Under the pieces are notes generated by a model. It saw nothing but the letters and a program-made list of their open reading frames with translations, was not told the origin of the DNA and made no database searches. From Camelus ferus (lineage: Eukaryota), in assembly GCF_009834535.1 (NCBI RefSeq), contig NC_045697.1:18168001-18232000 (forward strand): a stretch of 64,000 nt of DNA, written 5' to 3'. The position numbers and the translations under genes are program-made. Numbering within the stretch: position 1 is the first letter of the stretch; every line of letters starts with the position of its first letter. Positions 61,130-64,000 of the stretch are shown here, one piece after another.

Positions 61130-64000
61130 TTTTTAACCTAACAGGGATTACAAAAATTGTGGGTTTTGATGAGGAAGCAAAGAAAGAATTTCCATTGAAA
61201 GAAAAAGTACAGTTGCATTCTGATTGTATATTGCTAGTCATATTTATTTAATTGTTCAATTATGATCATAAAAATAACAACAGAAAACAATATAGCACCA
61301 AAATACAGCAAGCAAAATACAGGGAAAATCTGATAGAAAAAATTCATAAATGGAAAATGTTTAGTCAAAAAAAATTTTTAATTCTTCTTTTATAATGAAA
61401 AATTTCAATCACATAAAAAAGCAAGCAGAAAAGTATAATGAATTCTTATGTACCTTCCACTAAGCTTCAACAATTATCAACTCAAACAGTAGTTTTTCAC
61501 CTATGCCCAACCCACTTCCTTCCTTCCCACATTGTTTTGAAACCAAGCTCAAAGATCATGTCATTTCATTCATAAACATTTTAACATGGATTTCTATGAG
61601 ACTGACTCAGGACCTTCTCAACATGCATTTCTAAATGATAAACATGCTTTTAAAAAATACAGCATGATGGATGTTAACCAGATTTGTTGTGGTGACCATT
61701 TTGCAATATATGCATTCAACAAATCATTTTGTTGTACACCTGAAACTAAGTATACAATAAACATTAGAATATGTCAATTGTGTCTCAATAAAAATATTTT
61801 AAATCCAATGCCATTAGCACATCTATAAAAATTAACAATAATTTTTTAAAAGTAGTTGTGCATTTTAATACACCTCTATTTGACAGATCTAGCAATCATA
61901 AATGAATAAAATAGATAAGGGTATAGAGCTGCACTGTCCAATACAGCACACAGAGTCACAGGTGTTGTGCACATTTGCCTTCTGTAACCAGGAAATTGAA
62001 TTTTTAATTTTATTTAACTTTAATTAATTTAAATATAAATTTTAAAATGAAATGATTCAGTGTCAACAATTTTTAAAGAATGTTGAGAACAACTTGGTTA
62101 TGTGAATCTCCTTTTCAACTGTAAGTTTTATAGGATCTAAATATAGATCAATAATTGATGACAATTTAGCATCTGAATTGAGATGCACTATAAATGTAAA
62201 ACACACATTGGATTTTAAAGACCTATTATGAAAAATATCATGTCAATTATCTCAATATATTTTATATTGACTGCATGTTGGAATAATAATATTTTTGATA
62301 TAGTGGGCTAAATAAAATATGATAATTAAAATTAATTTCACCTTTTTAAAACTTTTTTTAACATGGCTACTAGAAAACTTTAAGTCACATATGTTGCTCA
62401 CAGAATATTTCTATGGACAGCACTGATACAGAAAGTCTGAATGATACAATCAATAAGATCAAGTTAATAGATAAATATTGGACTCCCTTTTTCTACAAAC
62501 ATAAAGCTCTTCTACTCACAGATAATTATGAAATTAATTATATATGTCCAACAAAAAAATGCTGATACATTCCCCAAAGCACAAATTATTCAACGCACTC
62601 CCTAGTCGATATTAATAACGAAAATAGGATCAATGGAAAGAGCCAACCCTATGAAAATATAGGAATTCTCTCCTAAGTAATTCTTTTGTCAAAGATGAGA
62701 CCAAAATGCAACTGTAAGATACTTAGAAAAAAGCAGGAATGGGCACAGTACACAGCAAGCCTGTAGGACCCGACAAAGCTGTAATTAGAAGCAAATTCAA
62801 AGTGGCAAGTGCTTTCATTATTAAACAGGCAAGAATGACAGTAACAGAATGATGCAGTAAACTAAAGAAGCTAGAAAGCAAAGTAGCCTGGAGGAAGTCC
62901 AGAGAAAGGAAGTACAAAGATAAAATAGAAAAAAAAAATTAAATCAGAAAATGGAAGGGATAAGTAAACAGTCTCAGATTTTAATAAACAATAATAAAAT
63001 AGATAAAATTTCACTTAAGATCTATTTTAAAAAGAACTTATAGTAAAAAAGAAAGTGAAAAACTCAAATACCCACTATTAGATGCATAAAAGTAGCCCAT
63101 ATTTATCAAATATTTCCCAGGTACCAGGTACTATGCACTTTACCTACTGCAGCTTACTGCCAACTTCCTTATGAACAACAAAGCATTAAAATCTCTGTTT
63201 TTCATTTTCTGCATTTCAGGAGCCAGGATCAGAGAAGTCAAAGTAATCGCTTAAAAGTTGTTGCACATTTTGGTATACCTCTATTTGACAGATCTAGCAA
63301 TCAATCATGCTTAGGTTTATGTACTGGAGTTTTGTTTAAAATTTTTGTCTCTCTTTATATAAGTAAACATCATCTATCCCTTTAAAAAAAAAAAAAACTT
63401 TGTGCCTGAATTAGCTTTAAAAATGGAATTGTGACACAGTCTAAAGTTTCTGCTCTTCCTTGTCCTAGAATAATTTCTTTATCATGGGGATTACTTATTC
63501 TTCAAAGGTCTTTTTAAAAAGAATGTTCTAAGTACTCAGCCCAGCATTTTTGTGGAGGCAATCAGCTTTTCTTTCATGGTTACTGCTTTGTTGAGGTTAC
63601 CTATTTCTTGAGTCAAGTTTGGTGATTTACATTTCACGTGCGGCTCACATCCTTCATAAGGATTTTTAAATATATCAGCATCAAGTCGCACCCAGAATTT
63701 GTAATTTTTATATATATAAAACACCAAATGATGTTAGGTCAGGAATGTAAGAAAGATTTAATATAAAACTTCTAAAGCTCACATCAATATCTGTTCTCTT
63801 GGCAGATAATTTTGAAAAAATTTAATAAACTCCAGTATCTATTTCTGATTGATTTTAAAAAGTAAACTTCAATTTAAAAAACATGATTTCTTTTCATGAT
63901 ATAGAACATCTCTCTCAATAGCCAACATCTAACAGCTATAAATAAGAATTAACATCATGCTTAAAACACCAAAATCATTCCCATTAAAATCAGGAAGAAG
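61130..64000 (+). mobile_element. Very old fragmented L1 ORF2 region interrupted by younger elements
   Basis: A-rich + strand with L1-like remnants (atagcaccaaaatac, caaagctgtaattagaagcaaattc, tcattcccattaaaatcaggaag, approximately FPLKSG). Confidence 0.6.
61928..62425. mobile_element. Charlie1-like hAT element
   Basis: Termini ctgcactgtccaat / ctatggacagcactg; internal aatttagcatctgaattgagatg...aaacacacattggatttt. Confidence 0.75.

Noticed and set aside
1..64000. CRISPR array, operon or other prokaryote-type or novel multi-gene system
   Set aside because: I saw no regularly spaced repeat-spacer array and no long intronless ORFs. The content is accounted for by one spliced mammalian gene and interspersed repeats.

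Overview
This is mammalian genomic DNA, not prokaryotic. The window holds one complete protein-coding gene on the + strand: SLC34A2 (NaPi-IIb, type IIb sodium-phosphate cotransporter). It has a CpG-island/TATA promoter at about 29.9-30.3 kb and a short non-coding exon 1 ending at 30312. Twelve coding exons (40001-53511, all introns GT-AG) splice in frame to 2067 nt = 688 aa + stop. A 3'UTR of about 1.9 kb ends at AATAAA 55364. The rest is intergenic or intronic DNA dense in interspersed repeats: L1 fragments, L2, MIR, two ERV1-type solo LTRs with 4-bp TSDs, MaLR LTRs, hAT and Tc1/mariner fossils, and four tRNA-Ala-derived SINEs that look like the camelid Vic-1 family. The camelid (camel/alpaca/llama) assignment is an inference from those SINEs. 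Repeat family names come from recalled consensus sequences and need RepeatMasker/Dfam confirmation; repeat boundaries are approximate unless a TSD is given. I found no convincing novel multi-gene system. The best leads are: a possible upstream in-frame first exon, a stop-free in-frame intron 2, a STAT-motif cluster in intron 1, substitutions in functionally studied NaPi-II motifs, and an L1 fragment enclosed by a perfect 27-bp inverted repeat. Nearly all other ORFs in the track are spurious.
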